Shown in pieces: positions 63,308 through 64,000 of a stretch of 64,000 nucleotides of DNA (its first letter is position 1; each line of letters starts with the position of its first letter). This DNA is from Candidatus Omnitrophota bacterium (GTDB taxonomy: Bacteria > Omnitrophota > Omnitrophia > Omnitrophales > Aquincolibacteriaceae): contig JAKLFP010000001.1 in the NCBI GenBank assembly GCA_022711115.1, forward strand, positions 133,183 to 197,182. Direction: 5' to 3'. Below the pieces are notes generated by a model. The model did not search any database. It was not told the DNA's origin and worked only from the letters and a program-made list of their open reading frames with translations. Made by a program: the position numbers and the translations under genes.

Positions 63308-63580
63308 TGATTTCTTGCTCCCGTCTGTTTGCCGCAGACAAATGAGAAATGAAATTGACGTAACTACCTGTAACAAAAGAGGTTATTATTATAATGATTA
63401 CCTTTAGCTTGTCAACGAAGCTAAAAATGCTCTTGAGGCTAATGCCGCAGAAAAATCGTATAGGGAGAAATACTTCGGCGGGACCGCGCACCCCCGTGTA
63501 CCAAGACCAGTGTAGTTGCCCATTGGTCGCAGAAAAAGCGGTCCTTTACCGCTAACCCATCCATCCGCCTGGAAACGGTA

Positions 63581-64000
63581 CTAGCTATCCTTTTTCTTTA
63601 ACGAATGACTCTTCTGGGCTGAAACGATAGCGGCAACAGACTGCCTTACGGACACTGTTTCATTCGAGGTGCCCGCCAACGAAGAATCTTTCGCAGGACT
63701 GACCGGAACATTCACCGTAGTTTTCGAAGCACTTGTTTTGGCTGTTTCGGGAGAATTCGAAGGATGTTTTTGAGTGACTAACTCATAGACAATCTCCCCG
63801 GGTTTGACAAAGCCAAGCTCTTCACGAATAACCTTCTCAAGATAAACGATGTCGCTTTGGAGAAGGCTCCGTTCATCGGTCAGCGCCTTGATTTGGGCGT
63901 CAATCTCCTGGATCTTTTTATTGATCTTTTCTTCCTCAAGCTTCAGTTCGCGATAGCGAGTGATGGAGGGCAGGTAGACCCAGCAGGCTATCAAAAAAAT
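63581..64000 (-). CDS. FtsB/DivIC-like septum formation initiator (5' end beyond window)
   Basis: TM segment followed by a coiled-coil (ELKLEEEKINKKIQEIDAQIKALTDERSLLQSDIVYLEKVIREELGF) typical of FtsB/FtsL/DivIC. The frame is open to the window edge. Confidence 0.5.
   Translation of the reverse strand: MFLIACWVYLPSITRYRELKLEEEKINKKIQEIDAQIKALTDERSLLQSDIVYLEKVIREELGFVKPGEIVYELVTQKHPSNSPETAKTSASKTTVNVPVSPAKDSSLAGTSNETVSVRQSVAAIVSAQKSHSLKKKDS

Noticed and set aside
63440-63570. Possible tRNA or tmRNA-like element in the GC-rich intergenic segment
   Set aside because: No cloverleaf with canonical D/T arms or CCA-proximal acceptor stem could be drawn on either strand. Kept only as an unspecified structured-RNA candidate.

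Overview
This is a bacterial chromosomal segment of about 46% GC with roughly 60 tightly packed genes. All but one of them are on the minus strand, and the content is housekeeping plus a large lipopolysaccharide locus. I found no rRNA, tRNA, CRISPR array, transposase or integrase-bounded island. The only recombinase is a chromosomal-type XerC/D gene. I could not identify a clear-cut, self-contained novel system such as a defence island. The findings below list the items that look genuinely atypical.

All gene calls come from translating the sequence and recognising family motifs by eye. No database search was run.

Genes in order of coordinates, all minus strand unless stated:
- 3'-truncated glgB running off the window start. 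It is absent from the supplied ORF track only because it crosses the window edge.
- A hypothetical Cys-motif protein, the single plus-strand gene in the window.
- A secreted S1 serine protease and a GHL10-like hydrolase.
- An RluE-like pseudouridine synthase, an RlpA-like protein, and a 216-aa protein of unknown family.
- A DUF4126-like membrane protein and a DAGK-family lipid kinase.
- An atypical rho with a small downstream ORF.
- A DUF981-like membrane protein and an ABC-F ATPase.
- A ferritin-like protein and a short pyruvate kinase.
- ahcY and metK (methyl cycle).
- A sugar-phosphate nucleotidyltransferase and a bifunctional PGI/PMI.
- A nitrogen-PTS/regulatory module: ptsI, ptsH, a yvcK-family gene, ptsN and hpf.
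- LPS transport and Kdo biosynthesis: lptB, a LptC/A-like gene, an lpxL-family gene, kdsD, kdsA, pyrG, kdsB and a heptose-7-phosphate kinase.
- DUF1846, an FmdB zinc ribbon, a dual pseudo-receiver protein, an SGNH hydrolase, DUF3108 and a ferredoxin-domain protein.
- An LPS core block: four tandem GT9 heptosyltransferase-like genes, a GT4-GT9 fusion, an LpxL-like acyltransferase fused to an ELM1/DUF1022 domain, lpxK and waaA.
- xerC/D, topA, an RDD protein and dprA.
- aroB, aroK, aroC, pilD and aroE.
- leuA, ilvC, ilvN and ilvB.
- A secreted alpha/beta-fold-like protein, and an FtsB-like gene running off the window end.
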